Shown here piece after piece: positions 45,435 to 56,516 of a stretch of 64,000 bases of DNA; the stretch's first letter is position 1; the number at the start of each line of letters is the position of its first letter. Below the pieces are notes generated by a model. That model saw nothing but the letters and a program-made list of their open reading frames with translations. It did not search any database and was not told the DNA's origin. The stretch is from Candidatus Latescibacterota bacterium (GTDB taxonomy: Bacteria > Latescibacterota > UBA2968): NCBI GenBank assembly GCA_965207885.1, contig OZ242311.1, positions 3,616,001 through 3,680,000 of the forward strand. The letters are read 5' to 3'. Both the position numbers and the translations under genes were made by a program.

Positions 45435-45908
45435 ATGAATCGCGTTTATCTGACCAAAAATGGGTATGAGAAAATTCGAACTGAGTTGATCCGTCTGCAA
45501 ACCAAAGAGCGACCAACTGTCATTGCAGCGATTAAAAAAGCGCGCGAGTTTGGCGACCTGAGCGAAAACGCCGAATACCATGCAGCCAAAGAGCGGCAGG
45601 CATTTCTCGAAAAGAAAATTGCCGAATTGCAAGAAAAACTCACGAACTCAGAAATTATCGACGAAAGCCAAATCCCCAAAGACAAAGCCTATCTGGGCGC
45701 AACGGTCAAATTGCAAGATAAAAAAAATGGCAGAGAAATGCAGTACACACTGGTCACCGTGGATGAAGCTGATTTTGACCAGAATAAAATATCGACAGCA
45801 TCTCCCATTGGCAAAGCTCTGTTGGGCAAACGCGTTGGCGAGGTCGTCGATGTTCAAGTGCCCGTCGGCATACTCACTTATGAGATTCTCGATATATCAA
45901 GAGACTGA
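45435..45908 (+). CDS. greA: Transcription elongation factor GreA
   Basis: AREFGDLSENAEYHAAKE; ISTASPIGKALLGK. Confidence 0.97.
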   Translation: MNRVYLTKNGYEKIRTELIRLQTKERPTVIAAIKKAREFGDLSENAEYHAAKERQAFLEKKIAELQEKLTNSEIIDESQIPKDKAYLGATVKLQDKKNGREMQYTLVTVDEADFDQNKISTASPIGKALLGKRVGEVVDVQVPVGILTYEILDISRD

Positions 45909-45924
45909 ATTTTTCATACAAACC

Positions 45925-45998
45925 AAAAGGTGACATTGACAATGTCGCCTTTTTTATAAATAAAAAAGGGCAAATCGACATCTGTCGGTTTGCCCTTT
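45925..45998. terminator. Back-to-back terminators for greA (+, 45925-45955) and the ribosomal operon (-, 45962-45998)
   Basis: AAAAGGTGACATT...AATGTCGCCTTTTTT and AAAAAAGGGCAAATCGACA...TGTCGGTTTGCCCTTT. Confidence 0.8.
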
Positions 45999-46017
45999 AA
46001 ACAATGCATAGACAAGG

Positions 46018-46461
46018 TCAAGCGTCTTTCTTTTCCTCTACAACTTCCTCTTCTTCAGCAGAAGCGTCAGACTCGGTTTCCTCAACATCGGATTCGGTTA
46101 TTGCGTCATCGGACACCAGCTCAATCAAACACAATTCACTGCTATCACCTCGCCTGGGACCCAGCTTGAGAATACGCGTATATCCGCCACCTCGGTCGGC
46201 AAATGAGGGACCAATTTCTTCAAATAACTTTGTGAGCACCACCTTATTCTGAATACGCCGCAAAACTTGACGCCGCGCGTGCAAGTCGCCACGCTTGGCA
46301 AAAGAGATCAATCGTTCGGCGACACTGCGCAATTCTTTCGCCTTTGGCAGTGTAGTACGCACCTTGCCGTTGTCAAATAGAGACGTGGCCATATTGTTGA
46401 GCATGGCTTTTTTGTGGCTCGCCGTGCGACCCAGCTTTCTGCCCCTTTTCCCGTGCCTCAT
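46018..46461 (-). CDS. rplQ: 50S ribosomal protein L17
   Basis: MRHGKRGRKLGRTASH; GGYTRILK; operon position. Confidence 0.98.
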   Translation of the reverse strand: MRHGKRGRKLGRTASHKKAMLNNMATSLFDNGKVRTTLPKAKELRSVAERLISFAKRGDLHARRQVLRRIQNKVVLTKLFEEIGPSFADRGGGYTRILKLGPRRGDSSELCLIELVSDDAITESDVEETESDASAEEEEVVEEKKDA

Positions 46462-46472
46462 TGGTTTCCTCG

Positions 46473-47489
46473 TTAAAAATCGTCGTCCAAAATCGAGATG
46501 TGGTCAGATTTGGAAGCGACATCTTGATATTTGCTTACATCAATGCCAAATGCGATACCCAAATTTTCGAGAATAGCTGTCAATTCATTGAGCGATTTGC
46601 GGCCAAAATTGCGGAATTTGAGCATTTCGTTTTCCGTTTTTTGAACGAGATCTTCAAGTGTTATAATATTGGCAGCCTTTAAGCAATTTGCCGACCGCAC
46701 CGACAATTCCAACTCATCTACAGGCATCTTGAGCAGTGTTGCAATGCGGCGCGTTTCCTCATCGACAACTTCTTCCAATTCTTCTTCTGGCTCTTCTTCA
46801 AAGTTGATAAACAACTCGAGATGATTTTTCAATATTCTCGCAGCATGAGCCACCGCATCGTCGGGTCGCACAACGCTGTTTGTCCAAACAGCCAGTGAAA
46901 GTTTATCGTAATCGGTCTGCTGCCCTACGCGCGCATTATCGATTTCATAATGCACTTTTCGGATTGGGGAAAAAGCAGCATCCAACACAATGGTCCCCAT
47001 GGGCTGGTCTGCCTGCTTGTTTGCTTCTGCCAGCACATAGCCTCGGCCTTTCCCAACGGTGACTTCCATGTCGAGCACACCGTCTTTGTCGAGTGTTGCA
47101 ATATGTAAATCGGGATTCATGACTTCGACATCGGCATCGACTTGTAAATCGCCAGCCTTGAGTTCTCCTGGTCCTTCTTTTTTTACATATAGCAATTTGT
47201 CTGCATCTGTATGCATGCGCAGGCAAATTTCCTTGAGATTTAGAACGACTTCCGTCACATCTTCCACGACGCCCTCAATCACGGTAAACTCGTGCTGAAT
47301 TCCTTCAATTTTCACGGCCTTAACAGCAGCCCCCTCAATGGAAGAAAGCAAGACACGGCGCAAAGCATTCCCAATCGTAGCACCAAACCCGCGCTCAAGA
47401 GGCTGAACACTAAACAGGCCGTAATCATCACTCAGGCTTTCTTCATCGATCTGTACAAATCGAGGCATTTGAAAATTTTTCGCGTTCAT
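46473..47489 (-). CDS. rpoA: RNA polymerase alpha subunit
   Basis: PLERGFGATIGNALRRVLLSS; ELELSVRSANCL; NFGRKSL. Alternative start at 47516. Confidence 0.98.
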   Translation of the reverse strand: MNAKNFQMPRFVQIDEESLSDDYGLFSVQPLERGFGATIGNALRRVLLSSIEGAAVKAVKIEGIQHEFTVIEGVVEDVTEVVLNLKEICLRMHTDADKLLYVKKEGPGELKAGDLQVDADVEVMNPDLHIATLDKDGVLDMEVTVGKGRGYVLAEANKQADQPMGTIVLDAAFSPIRKVHYEIDNARVGQQTDYDKLSLAVWTNSVVRPDDAVAHAARILKNHLELFINFEEEPEEELEEVVDEETRRIATLLKMPVDELELSVRSANCLKAANIITLEDLVQKTENEMLKFRNFGRKSLNELTAILENLGIAFGIDVSKYQDVASKSDHISILDDDF

Positions 47490-47515
47490 AAACAAAAGCT
47501 CCCGGTGCGCGTCCA

Positions 47516-48145
47516 TTACTTGGAGTAAAGCTCAACAATGAGCTGCTCTTCAACAGGCGTTGGTATATCATCTCGCTTTGGATATTCTACAAGCGTACCG
47601 CTCAAATTCACTTTATCTACCGAAAGCCAAGACGATTGACCTGCATCACCAGTGCGCGTGAGTGCATCGTGAATGAGTTGCATCTGGCGACTTTTTTCTC
47701 GTACCTGCACAGTATCTCCCGGCGAAACCTGAAATGAAGGAATATCTACGGTTCGTCCATTGACAGCGATGTGGCGATGTCTCACGAGTTGTCGCGCTGA
47801 TTTTCGAGATGGTGCAAAACCCAAGCGATATATCATGTTGTCCAGACGACACTCGAGCATCTGCAAAAGCAACTCACCCGTCACACCCTTTCTGCGAGCG
47901 GCTTTTGAATAATACGTGCGAAACTGATTTTCCAGTACGCCGTAGATACGCTTTGTTTTTTGTTTTTCACGAAGCTGAAGTGCGTATTCCGACGGCTTTC
48001 GACGCATATTTTGTCCATGCATGCCGGGCGCATAACTTCGTCGGTCAAATGAACATTTGTCCATGTGACATCGCGCACCTTTGAGAAACAACTTCATGCC
48101 TTCTCGGCGACACAATTTACAACTTGGGCCAGTGTATCTCGCCAT
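47516..48145 (-). CDS. rpsD: 30S ribosomal protein S4
   Basis: MARYTGPSCKLCRREG; QLREKQK; LIVELYSK. Confidence 0.98.
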   Translation of the reverse strand: MARYTGPSCKLCRREGMKLFLKGARCHMDKCSFDRRSYAPGMHGQNMRRKPSEYALQLREKQKTKRIYGVLENQFRTYYSKAARRKGVTGELLLQMLECRLDNMIYRLGFAPSRKSARQLVRHRHIAVNGRTVDIPSFQVSPGDTVQVREKSRQMQLIHDALTRTGDAGQSSWLSVDKVNLSGTLVEYPKRDDIPTPVEEQLIVELYSK

Positions 48146-48168
48146 TCAATATCTCCCTGTTTTCTGTG

Positions 48169-48552
48169 TTAAACGCGGCGGCGCTTAGGAGGGCGGCACC
48201 CATTGTGTGGAATTGGGGTAACATCTTTGATCGCTGAAATTTCCAATCCAGCCCCCTGCAGCGACCGCACGGCGGCTTCTCGCCCAACGCCAGGTCCTTT
48301 GACCCAGACTTCCACCCGGCGCAAACCCATTGCCATGGCTTCTCGCGCCGCATCAGTGGCAGCCAACTGAGCTGCATAGGGCGTACTTTTTCTCGACCCT
48401 TTAAACCCGACTTTCCCCGTTGATGACCAGGAAATAACTCTACCTTCACGGTCACTTAGAGTGACAATAGTATTGTTAAAACTGGCATTGACATGTGCGA
48501 CGCCATGGGCTTCAACGCGTCTATTCCGTCGTCTTCCTCTTCTGACCGCCAA
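48169..48552 (-). CDS. rpsK: 30S ribosomal protein S11
   Basis: ASFNNTIV; [10 protein letters not shown]; [18 protein letters not shown]. Confidence 0.98.
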   Translation of the reverse strand: MAVRRGRRRNRRVEAHGVAHVNASFNNTIVTLSDREGRVISWSSTGKVGFKGSRKSTPYAAQLAATDAAREAMAMGLRRVEVWVKGPGVGREAAVRSLQGAGLEISAIKDVTPIPHNGCRPPKRRRV

Positions 48553-48583
48553 ACGACTCCTCCTTTGATTGTCCTGCGTCTAT

Positions 48584-48958
48584 CTATACGGTTCGTCTGC
48601 GACTGCCAATACCGGGTTTCTTTCCCTTGCGCGTCCTGGCATTGGTGCGCGTCCGCTGCCCTCTCACCGGCAAACCGCGACGCCATCGCAAACCTCGATA
48701 GCATCCAATATCCATCAATCGCTTGATGTTCATTGCAACTTCGCTTCGCAGGTTTCCTTCAACCTTGTACTCGCCTTCGACAACTGAGCGCAATTTGGTG
48801 ACTTCCTCGTCAGTCAAAGCATCTACGCGCGTATCAGGCGAAATCTGCGTCTGTGTCAAAATTTTTTGTGACGTGCTCAAACCAATACCCAAAATATATG
48901 TCAACGCAACTTCCACGCGCTTTTCTCTTGGAATATCTACACCTGCAATTCGGGCCAT
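48584..48958 (-). CDS. rpsM: 30S ribosomal protein S13
   Basis: [10 protein letters not shown]; [18 protein letters not shown]. Confidence 0.98.
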   Translation of the reverse strand: MARIAGVDIPREKRVEVALTYILGIGLSTSQKILTQTQISPDTRVDALTDEEVTKLRSVVEGEYKVEGNLRSEVAMNIKRLMDIGCYRGLRWRRGLPVRGQRTRTNARTRKGKKPGIGSRRRTV

Positions 48959-48979
48959 GCGATTGCGTCTCCTATAAGG

Positions 48980-49096
48980 TTATCCTTGTCGCTGTTTGTG
49001 TCGCGGGTTGACTTTGCAAATAACGCGCACAACACCGCGCCGGCGAATGATCTTGCAGTGATTGCAACGACGGCGAACTGATGATTGAACTTTCAT
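48980..49096 (-). CDS. rpmJ: 50S ribosomal protein L36 (zinc-binding form; absent from ORF track)
   Basis: Manual translation [38 protein letters not shown]. Confidence 0.97.
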   Translation of the reverse strand: MKVQSSVRRRCNHCKIIRRRGVVRVICKVNPRHKQRQG

Positions 49097-49123
49097 AAAT
49101 AAATCTCCAGCATTCTGAGTAGA

Positions 49124-50467
49124 TCAAGCTCGGCGCCCTCGAATGCGGCCTTTCTTCATAAACCCATCGTAGTGACGCATCAGCAAATGCGATTCAACCT
49201 GCTGTAAAGTGTCAAGTGCCACACCGACCATAATCAACAAACCCGTACCGCCAAACACTTGTTCGAGACCCGGATGAACCCCCATAGAATTGATAATAAA
49301 GTATGGGCCAACGGCTATTGCAGCTAAGAAAATCGCACCTGGCATGTTGATTCGCGTAAGCACCCGATCGATAAAGTCCGACGTGCGTTTGCCCGGTCTG
49401 ACGCCGGGAATAAATCCGCCTTGCCGTTTCATATTATCCGCTAGATCAATCGGATTAAATACAATGGCGGTATAAAAATAAGCAAAGAAAATGACCAGCA
49501 AGGAGTAAATTGACCAGTAAGGCAATGACACCCAGGACATACTCGGCGTAAAAGCAGCCGCGAGATTTTGCATAAATACATTATTAGGGGCAAAGCCAGC
49601 CATTGTCGCAGGTAAAAACATAATGGCCTGAGCAAAAATAATAGGCATCACGCCAGAAGTATTGACTTTGAGCGGTATATGTGTGCTTTGCCCACCATAT
49701 ACCCGTCGTCCAACGACGCGTTTGGCGTATTGTACCGGAATTCTACGCGTGCCCTGTGTGATGAGCACAACCAGAGCAGTTAAGGCAACAACGATTACTA
49801 AAACAGCTATTTCGATCAAAATTGCTTTGTCATTGGTCACAAAATCGCGATATTCCTGCCGCACGACAAAGGGCAATGCCGCAATAATGCCAATAAAAAT
49901 GAGTAGCGACATTCCGTTGCCAATACCGTGTGCGTCAATTTGTTCCCCCAACCACATAATCAACACGGTTCCGGCAGTAATTGTCAATACAGTCAACAGT
50001 CGGAAGCCCCACCCGGGATAGAGGACGACCGAAAGTCCAGTCGCTGGCGACTGAAGGCTCTCCAGGAAAAAACTCACCCCCAGGGATTGCGCCGCAGCCA
50101 GTGCAACTGTGCCATACCGCGTATATTGTATAATCTTTTTTCGCCCCGCTTCCCCTTCTTTTTGCAACTTTTGAAGAGATGGCACGACAGCACCCATCAA
50201 TTGAAAAATAATGGACGCGCTGATATAAGGCATAATACCCAGTGCAAATACCGTCGCACGGGTAAATGCCCCACCTACAAACATGTCGTAGAGACCAAAG
50301 ATCGTTTGGCTGGTGCCTGCAAAAAATTCTCCCAGGGCAACCCGATCTATTCCGGGTATGGGAATCTGCCCTCCCAGGCGATAAATCGCCAGAATACCCA
50401 GCGTAAATAACACCTTATATCGCAGTTCCGGAATTTTAAAAACGCTCTTGACGCTCTCGAGCAACAC
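49124..50467 (-). CDS. secY: Preprotein translocase SecY
   Basis: FALGIMPYISASII; WLGEQI...GIGNG; GGFIPGVRPGKRT; GGTGLLI. Confidence 0.98.
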   Translation of the reverse strand: MLLESVKSVFKIPELRYKVLFTLGILAIYRLGGQIPIPGIDRVALGEFFAGTSQTIFGLYDMFVGGAFTRATVFALGIMPYISASIIFQLMGAVVPSLQKLQKEGEAGRKKIIQYTRYGTVALAAAQSLGVSFFLESLQSPATGLSVVLYPGWGFRLLTVLTITAGTVLIMWLGEQIDAHGIGNGMSLLIFIGIIAALPFVVRQEYRDFVTNDKAILIEIAVLVIVVALTALVVLITQGTRRIPVQYAKRVVGRRVYGGQSTHIPLKVNTSGVMPIIFAQAIMFLPATMAGFAPNNVFMQNLAAAFTPSMSWVSLPYWSIYSLLVIFFAYFYTAIVFNPIDLADNMKRQGGFIPGVRPGKRTSDFIDRVLTRINMPGAIFLAAIAVGPYFIINSMGVHPGLEQVFGGTGLLIMVGVALDTLQQVESHLLMRHYDGFMKKGRIRGRRA

Positions 50468-50486
50468 CGCCTCCTCTCAGCCGAGC

Positions 50487-50933
50487 TCAGTCGGTTTTGG
50501 CCTCAACATCTCCGCCAGCTGCAAGAACTTTTTTTTCTGCCGCAGCTGATATTGCCTGAACCCGAATCTGCAATGGTACAGAAATTTCGCCTCGCCCCAA
50601 AATTTTCACAGGGCGTTTTGTAGAGGCAATCAAACCCGCATCTTTGAGCACTTCGGGGGTAATCTCACCCGAAAACTCCCTACTTGCCAAATCGTCGAGG
50701 TTTACGACCTGATAGGTCACCCGAAAAGGATTGTTAAACCCAACTTTCGGCAAGCGCCGGTGCAGGGGTGTTTGTCCCCCTTCAAACCCAACTTTGCGTT
50801 TGGATCCCGAACGCGCCCGCTGCCCTTTGTGCCCTTTACCCGCAGTCTTGCCTGTTCCAGAGCCAGGGCCAATGCCCAAACGTTTCTTTTTAGAAGTTGC
50901 CCCCTGAGGCGGAGAGAGATTCCCAAGTTTCAT
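50487..50933 (-). CDS. rplO: 50S ribosomal protein L15
   Basis: GSGTGKTAGKGHKGQ; GFEGGQTPLHRRLPK. Confidence 0.98.
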   Translation of the reverse strand: MKLGNLSPPQGATSKKKRLGIGPGSGTGKTAGKGHKGQRARSGSKRKVGFEGGQTPLHRRLPKVGFNNPFRVTYQVVNLDDLASREFSGEITPEVLKDAGLIASTKRPVKILGRGEISVPLQIRVQAISAAAEKKVLAAGGDVEAKTD

Positions 50934-50949
50934 TATCGCATCCCGTATT

Positions 50950-51138
50950 TCAAGTTTCTTCAACTTTGACCAGATGTGCAACAGTCGCCAGCATGCCGCG
51001 CAATTGAGGAGAATCAGCGTGTTCTACAGTATGCCGAATGCGGCGAATTCCCAACGCATCCAGCGTCTGTTGTTGTTTTTTTTGCCGCTTAATTGCACTG
51101 CGAATTTGTGTAACCCGCAGTGTTTTTTGATCGCCCAT
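50950..51138 (-). CDS. rpmD: 50S ribosomal protein L30
   Basis: VTQIRS...TLDALG...RGML...HLV; operon position. Confidence 0.95.
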   Translation of the reverse strand: MGDQKTLRVTQIRSAIKRQKKQQQTLDALGIRRIRHTVEHADSPQLRGMLATVAHLVKVEET

Positions 51139-51140
51139 CA

Positions 51141-51656
51141 CTACCCCCGTACAGAAACCAATTCGGATTCTTCTACGCCTCGCAATAGTGCAAACATTCT
51201 CGCATCTTTCAACCGCGTTAATCCTTCCATCGCGGCTTTAACAGCATTCTGAGGATTTTGAGATCCCAATGACTTCGTCAGCACATTTTGAACGCCAGCC
51301 AGTTCCAAAACCGCACGCACACCGCCTCCTGCAATAATACCCGTACCGGGCGCAGCGGGTTTGAGCAAAACGCGAGAAGCACCAAACCGTCCAATAATCT
51401 CGTGGGGCAATGTTCCATCAACGACTGGCACGCGCACCAGATTTTTTTTTGCATCGTCGGCAGCTTTGCGAATGGCTTCAGAGACTTCGCCCGCTTTCCC
51501 CATTCCAATCCCAACAATACCTTTTTTGTCACCAATTACACAAAGCGCATTAAAAGCAAAACGTCGTCCACCTTTGCGAACGTGAGATACCCGTTTGATG
51601 CTATTGTTGATAACGATTTCCGTCAGATCTAAACCCGTGGCTTCAATTTTGCTCAA
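51141..51656 (-). CDS. rpsE: 30S ribosomal protein S5
   Basis: KGGRRFAF; [14 protein letters not shown]. Confidence 0.98.
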   Translation of the reverse strand: MSKIEATGLDLTEIVINNSIKRVSHVRKGGRRFAFNALCVIGDKKGIVGIGMGKAGEVSEAIRKAADDAKKNLVRVPVVDGTLPHEIIGRFGASRVLLKPAAPGTGIIAGGGVRAVLELAGVQNVLTKSLGSQNPQNAVKAAMEGLTRLKDARMFALLRGVEESELVSVRG

Positions 51657-51672
51657 AATCGGCTCCTTAACA

Positions 51673-52047
51673 TTAAAAATTCAACCCGCCTTCGCGTGCT
51701 CCTTCAGCCAATGCTTTGACACGACCGTGATAGAGATAACCTGCGCGATCAAAAACGACCTGTGAGATACCAGCTTCCTGCGCTCGCACGGCCAATGCTT
51801 TCCCCACTTCACGGCTTTTATGGCATTTGCCTTCAATAGTTCGCAACTGATCTTTGAGCTGCGGAGCATTTGAGGATATACCCATTAGAGAGCGTCCATT
51901 CACATCATCAATCAATTGCGCCTGAATATGTTTTAGACTCCTGAAAATCGTCAGACGCGGGCGATCAGCCGTTCCCAAAAGCCTCTTTCTAATGCGCATT
52001 TGACGACGCCTGCGCATCCTGGTCTTTTTAATTTGCTTGTCTGCCAT
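51673..52047 (-). CDS. rplR: 50S ribosomal protein L18
   Basis: RPRLTIFRS; [16 protein letters not shown]. Confidence 0.98.
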   Translation of the reverse strand: MADKQIKKTRMRRRRQMRIRKRLLGTADRPRLTIFRSLKHIQAQLIDDVNGRSLMGISSNAPQLKDQLRTIEGKCHKSREVGKALAVRAQEAGISQVVFDRAGYLYHGRVKALAEGAREGGLNF

Positions 52048-52063
52048 TGAACAACCTCAAAAT

Positions 52064-52630
52064 TTAAGCTACTGCTGCCTTGCCGGCCTTGCGCCGTACG
52101 TATTCGCCGCTATATCGGATACCTTTCCCCTTATAGGGTTCGGGAGGCCGAATATTTCGGATGTTCGCCGCTGTGCGTCCCACGAGTTCTTTATCGGCTC
52201 CACTAATCTTAACCAGCGCCTGGGAATTCTCGATCTCAGAGGGAGGTGCATCGACACTAAATTCAATTCCCTGAGGGGCTTCAACCGTTACCGGGTGACT
52301 GAACCCCACGTTGATATCCAAATTTTTTCCTTTCATATCTGCGCGATATCCCACTCCAACAACGACCAGGTACTTCTCAAAACCAGCCGTTACGCCCTGA
52401 ACAGCATTTGCCAATAAAGCACGCGTGAGGCCCCAAATAGATTTGTGATGCCGGTCTTCGGGATCTTCCACGGTGACAGAAAGGGATTCACCCTCTTGCA
52501 CGACCTGTGTGAGCGGATGTAAAGGTACCTGTAAAGTCCCTTTAGGGCCTTTTATTTCCGCCTGTGTGGCCCCAATTTGCACATTGACGCCCCCTGGAAC
52601 GTCAATCGGCTGTTGACCTATTCTCGACAC
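52064..52630 (-). CDS. rplF: 50S ribosomal protein L6
   Basis: MSRIG; RPPEPYKGKGIRY. Confidence 0.98.
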   Translation of the reverse strand: MSRIGQQPIDVPGGVNVQIGATQAEIKGPKGTLQVPLHPLTQVVQEGESLSVTVEDPEDRHHKSIWGLTRALLANAVQGVTAGFEKYLVVVGVGYRADMKGKNLDINVGFSHPVTVEAPQGIEFSVDAPPSEIENSQALVKISGADKELVGRTAANIRNIRPPEPYKGKGIRYSGEYVRRKAGKAAVA

Positions 52631-52650
52631 AATATACTCCTTCCAGACCT

Positions 52651-53046
52651 CTACCAGACGCTACAAACAACTTCGCCGCCAACACCTTCTCGACGCGCAG
52701 TCCGATCTGTCAAAATACCTTTTGATGTCGATAAAATAGCGACACCCAATCCATTGAGTATTCGAGGAATTTCGTCTTTGCCCACATATTTTCTCAGACC
52801 GGGGCGACTTTCGCGCTTCAACCCTTGAATCGCGCTTTCCTCGTCGGGACTGTATTTAAGATAAAGGCGCAAATACCCCTGTCGGTTGTCATCGATATAC
52901 GCATAATTGTGAACAAAGCCGCTTTCTTTTAAGATGCGGGCAATCTCGCGCTTCATCTTGGAACTCGGAATATCCACCTTGCGATGTCCGGCGCGACATG
53001 CATTTCGCACGCGCGTCAACATATCGGCAATCGGATCCGTCATCAT
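52651..53046 (-). CDS. rpsH: 30S ribosomal protein S8
   Basis: [13 protein letters not shown]; SRPGLRKY; STSKG; GGEV. Confidence 0.98.
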   Translation of the reverse strand: MMTDPIADMLTRVRNACRAGHRKVDIPSSKMKREIARILKESGFVHNYAYIDDNRQGYLRLYLKYSPDEESAIQGLKRESRPGLRKYVGKDEIPRILNGLGVAILSTSKGILTDRTARREGVGGEVVCSVW

Positions 53047-53063
53047 GTGGGCTTCTCCCTCAA

Positions 53064-53249
53064 TTACCAACTGGCCTTTGTCACGCCGGGAATCTCACCA
53101 GCGAGGGCCAACTCGCGAAAACATATACGGCAAATACCAAATTTGCGCAAATAACCGCGTGGCCTACCGCATCTGTGACACCGATTATAACGGCGGACTG
53201 CAAATTTCTGTTTGCGCTTTGCTTTGGCAATCATAGATTTTTTAGCCAT
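53064..53249 (-). CDS. rpsN: 30S ribosomal protein S14 (zinc-binding type Z)
   Basis: RCHRCGR...CRICFRE; 61 aa. Confidence 0.97.
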   Translation of the reverse strand: MAKKSMIAKAKRKQKFAVRRYNRCHRCGRPRGYLRKFGICRICFRELALAGEIPGVTKASW

Positions 53250-53280
53250 ATTGGACCTGACCTCGTGTTAATTCTTTTAA

Positions 53281-53829
53281 TTAATCTTGATTTTGAAACG
53301 GCATGCCCATTTCGTTGAGCAGTTCAAAAGCCTCTTCATCCGTAGAGGCCGTAGTGACCAGGGTTACATCGAGGCCGCGAATTTTGTCGATTTGATCATA
53401 GTCAATCTCAGGAAAAATAATTTGTTCCTGAATACCGATCGTATAGTTGCCCCGACCATCAAATGAGCGCATTGAAAGGCCGCGAAAGTCGCGAATACGC
53501 GGCACAGAAAAATTGAAAAAACGATCGAGAAATTCGTACATACGAGACCTGCGAAGCGTGACAGCACAGCCAATGGGTACACCCTGTCGCAGCTTAAAAT
53601 TTGAAACGGCTTTTCGCGCCCTGCGAATTGAGGGCCGCTGTCCAGCAATGCGGGTCAAATCTTCAACAGCATTTTCAATGACTTTGGCATTGAGAACAGC
53701 TTCACCAACACCCATATTTAAGACAACCTTTTCCAATTTGGGCACCTGCATGCGATTTTTATACCCAAATTTTTGGATGAGCACCGATACAACTTCGTTC
53801 TCATAGTATTCTTGTAATCGCGTTACCAT
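53281..53829 (-). CDS. rplE: 50S ribosomal protein L5
   Basis: [14 protein letters not shown]; PRIRDFRG; FDGRGNY. Confidence 0.98.
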   Translation of the reverse strand: MVTRLQEYYENEVVSVLIQKFGYKNRMQVPKLEKVVLNMGVGEAVLNAKVIENAVEDLTRIAGQRPSIRRARKAVSNFKLRQGVPIGCAVTLRRSRMYEFLDRFFNFSVPRIRDFRGLSMRSFDGRGNYTIGIQEQIIFPEIDYDQIDKIRGLDVTLVTTASTDEEAFELLNEMGMPFQNQD

Positions 53830-53839
53830 GTCGTCCTCG

Positions 53840-54160
53840 TTATTCAACTTCGGGAATTTGCTCACCACTTTTTTGAGCAATCCGCACACGCGACCCATCT
53901 TCGAGGCGCTGAATGCGAATCCTTGTCCGCTCATCGGTTTGCGAATCGACGATCATGAGATTGGACACATGCAAGGGCGCTTCCTTTTCCACGATGCCGC
54001 CTTGCTGATTATTGGGATTGGGTCGCGTGTGGCGCTTGACGTTATTGATCCCTTCCACCAGCACGCGTTTTTTCCTGGGCCACACATGCAAAACGCGCCC
54101 ACGTTGACCCGTATAAACCCCGCTTATCACCTCAACTTGATCACCCTTGCGAATCCTCAT
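53840..54160 (-). CDS. rplX: 50S ribosomal protein L24
   Basis: [10 protein letters not shown]; [14 protein letters not shown]. Confidence 0.98.
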   Translation of the reverse strand: MRIRKGDQVEVISGVYTGQRGRVLHVWPRKKRVLVEGINNVKRHTRPNPNNQQGGIVEKEAPLHVSNLMIVDSQTDERTRIRIQRLEDGSRVRIAQKSGEQIPEVE

Positions 54161-54180
54161 CTCAACACACTTACCTTTCT

Positions 54181-54549
54181 TTATATCACTTCGGGCGCCA
54201 AAGATACAATGCGCATAAATCGCCTCTCGCGCAACTCGCGGGCGACGGGTCCAAATATGCGCGTCCCTCGAGGTTCGCCTTCCGCGCTGATCAAAACAGC
54301 GGCATTGTCATCAAATCGAATATAGGACCCATCTGCCCTTCGCGTCTCTTTCTTTGTACGGACGATCACGGCACGCGCAACCTCACCGCGCTTTACACCA
54401 CTGTTGGGCTGTGCATCTTTAACTGAAACCACAACAGTATCACCGAGTTTGGCATACTTGCGCTTCGTGCCTCCTAAAATGCGAAAACACATCACCTTTC
54501 GGGCACCTGTGTTATCCGCACAATTTAATACCGAATATTCCTGGACCAT
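54181..54549 (-). CDS. rplN: 50S ribosomal protein L14
   Basis: ADNTGA; IRFDDNAAV; [12 protein letters not shown]. Confidence 0.98.
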   Translation of the reverse strand: MVQEYSVLNCADNTGARKVMCFRILGGTKRKYAKLGDTVVVSVKDAQPNSGVKRGEVARAVIVRTKKETRRADGSYIRFDDNAAVLISAEGEPRGTRIFGPVARELRERRFMRIVSLAPEVI

Positions 54550-54560
54550 GTTCTCTCCAC

Positions 54561-54821
54561 CTAATGCGCCTTTTTTATAATTTCTACCAACCGCCAGCGC
54601 TTGGTCTTGCTCAAAGGCCGCGTTTCCACAACCATCACCTCATCGCCGGCTCTGGCTTCATTATTCTCATCGTGCGCCGCCAATTTTGAACGTCTTTGCA
54701 TAACTTTTCCATAAAGGGGGTGTGGCACCTGTCGCCGTACCTCAACGACTATTGTTTTATTAGACTTGTCGCTGACCACCAGCCCTACACGTGTTTTGCG
54801 GTGCCTGCGAGTTTCCACCAT
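54561..54821 (-). CDS. rpsQ: 30S ribosomal protein S17
   Basis: GLVVSDK; HPLYGK; [11 protein letters not shown]. Confidence 0.98.
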   Translation of the reverse strand: MVETRRHRKTRVGLVVSDKSNKTIVVEVRRQVPHPLYGKVMQRRSKLAAHDENNEARAGDEVMVVETRPLSKTKRWRLVEIIKKAH

Positions 54822-54841
54822 ACACCGATTCTCCTTAAAAA

Positions 54842-55054
54842 TTACGCATTGGGTAGTTCTCGAATGCCTAACTCGTGTTCGCGCAACACGGTTTTAAGCC
54901 GAGCGAGATCCTTGCAGGCATCTCGAAATGCAATTGGATTATCGAGTTGGCGCGTAGCCAACTGAATGCGGAGATTCACGAGTTCATCCTCTTGTTCAGC
55001 AATTCTTTCCCTTACATCGTTTGCTGTTAGATCTCGAATTTCACTCGGTTTCAT
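54842..55054 (-). CDS. rpmC: 50S ribosomal protein L29
   Basis: MKPSEIR...NLRIQ...ARLKTVL; operon position. Confidence 0.95.
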   Translation of the reverse strand: MKPSEIRDLTANDVRERIAEQEDELVNLRIQLATRQLDNPIAFRDACKDLARLKTVLREHELGIRELPNA

Positions 55055-55470
55055 TCGTCGTGTCCCCCGCGTTCAACAAAACGGACTTTAATGGGCAATT
55101 TCCGACTGGCCAATCTGATTGCGCGTTGCGCGCTTTCGCGTGGCACGCCCTCAATTTCAAACAGGATCCGCCCAGGTTTGATGACTGCCACCCAGTATTC
55201 GGGATTGCCTTTGCCTTTGCCCATACGGGTCTCTGCTGGCTTAACCGTAAGGGGTTTATCTGGAAAAACGCGAATCCAAACTTTCCCACCGCGCCCCAAA
55301 GACTTGTTAATCGCCACGCGGGCAGCTTCAATCTGTCTGTTGGTAATCCATCCCGGTTCAATGGCCTGCAAACCGTATTCGCCAAAAGAAATATTGGCTC
55401 CTCGATAGGCCATACCTTTGCGACGCCCCCTCTGCTGCTTTCTCCATTTAACCCGTTTTGGCATTAACAT
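55051..55470 (-). CDS. rplP: 50S ribosomal protein L16
   Basis: [11 protein letters not shown]; QIEAAR; RMGKGKG. Confidence 0.98.
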   Translation of the reverse strand: MLMPKRVKWRKQQRGRRKGMAYRGANISFGEYGLQAIEPGWITNRQIEAARVAINKSLGRGGKVWIRVFPDKPLTVKPAETRMGKGKGNPEYWVAVIKPGRILFEIEGVPRESAQRAIRLASRKLPIKVRFVERGGHDE

Positions 55471-55491
55471 AATAGCCGCTCCTATCCCGAC

Positions 55492-56142
55492 TTACGTTGG
55501 CAGATGGACGTCCTGACCCATTTTTTCTCCGTGACAGATCCAGACTTTTACCCCTACAGTACCCGAGGTCGTATAAGCAGTAGATCTAGCATAGTCTATA
55601 TCAGCGCGAAGCGTGTGGAGTGGAACGCGTCCTGCAGGCTCTGATTTTTCAACGCGAGACATTTCCGCCCCACCAAGGCGCCCTCCACACACGACTTTAA
55701 TCCCTTCAGCCCCCATGCGCACCGCTGATGCAACGGCTTTTTTCATTGCACGGCGAAATGAGACGCGCTGCTCGAGTTGTCGGGAGATATTATCGGCGAC
55801 GAGTTGGGCGTTGAGTTCTGGTCGCTTAATTTCATTGATGTTAATATAAATTTCTTTGCCTGTCAGGTGCTTTAATTCATCCCGCAATTTATCGACCTCT
55901 GCGCCTTTGCGTCCAATTACAATGCCAGGACGAGCGGTGTGAATCGAAATGGTCACCCGCTTAGGGGCACGTTCAATGTCTATTTGTGCAACGCTTGCCC
56001 GCTGCAGACGGCTGGTAATATATCGCCTGAGCATGAGATCTTCTTGAAGCAGGCTGGCAAAATCGCGATTGGCAAACCAGCGGGAACGCCAGTCTTTGAC
56101 AATTCCCAACCTCACTCCGATTGGATGCGTTTTCTGGCCCAA
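55492..56142 (-). CDS. rpsC: 30S ribosomal protein S3
   Basis: MGQKTHPIG; [11 protein letters not shown]; [14 protein letters not shown]. Confidence 0.98.
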   Translation of the reverse strand: MGQKTHPIGVRLGIVKDWRSRWFANRDFASLLQEDLMLRRYITSRLQRASVAQIDIERAPKRVTISIHTARPGIVIGRKGAEVDKLRDELKHLTGKEIYININEIKRPELNAQLVADNISRQLEQRVSFRRAMKKAVASAVRMGAEGIKVVCGGRLGGAEMSRVEKSEPAGRVPLHTLRADIDYARSTAYTTSGTVGVKVWICHGEKMGQDVHLPT

Positions 56143-56152
56143 AGTGACTCTC

Positions 56153-56494
56153 CTATTCCTCGTCTGAAATAACCAGCGTGATGTGGCTATATCGCTTGCG
56201 AATCATGCCGGCAGCACCACGCGGCTGAGGACGCAACCGCTTTAATGCGATGCCGCCATCGACAAACGCCTCTTTCACGAAGAGCGCGTCTTCGACTGCG
56301 GATTCTTCTTCGCGGTTGACCGCATTTGCAACCGCGGATTGCAAAGTGCGCGCTACAATACGCGCGGCCTTTTTAGGTGTAAATTGCAGAATGTGGAAAG
56401 CTTCCTCCACATCTTTACCCCGCACCAGATCAACCACCTGTCGCACCTTGCGCGGTGAAATTCTTGAATAGCGCAATACCGCCCGAGCTTCCAT
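56153..56494 (-). CDS. rplV: 50S ribosomal protein L22
   Basis: RISPRKVR; SAVANA; SHITLV. Confidence 0.97.
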   Translation of the reverse strand: MEARAVLRYSRISPRKVRQVVDLVRGKDVEEAFHILQFTPKKAARIVARTLQSAVANAVNREEESAVEDALFVKEAFVDGGIALKRLRPQPRGAAGMIRKRYSHITLVISDEE

Positions 56495-56516
56495 TTAAAA
56501 TTCCCGTCTCAAAATA

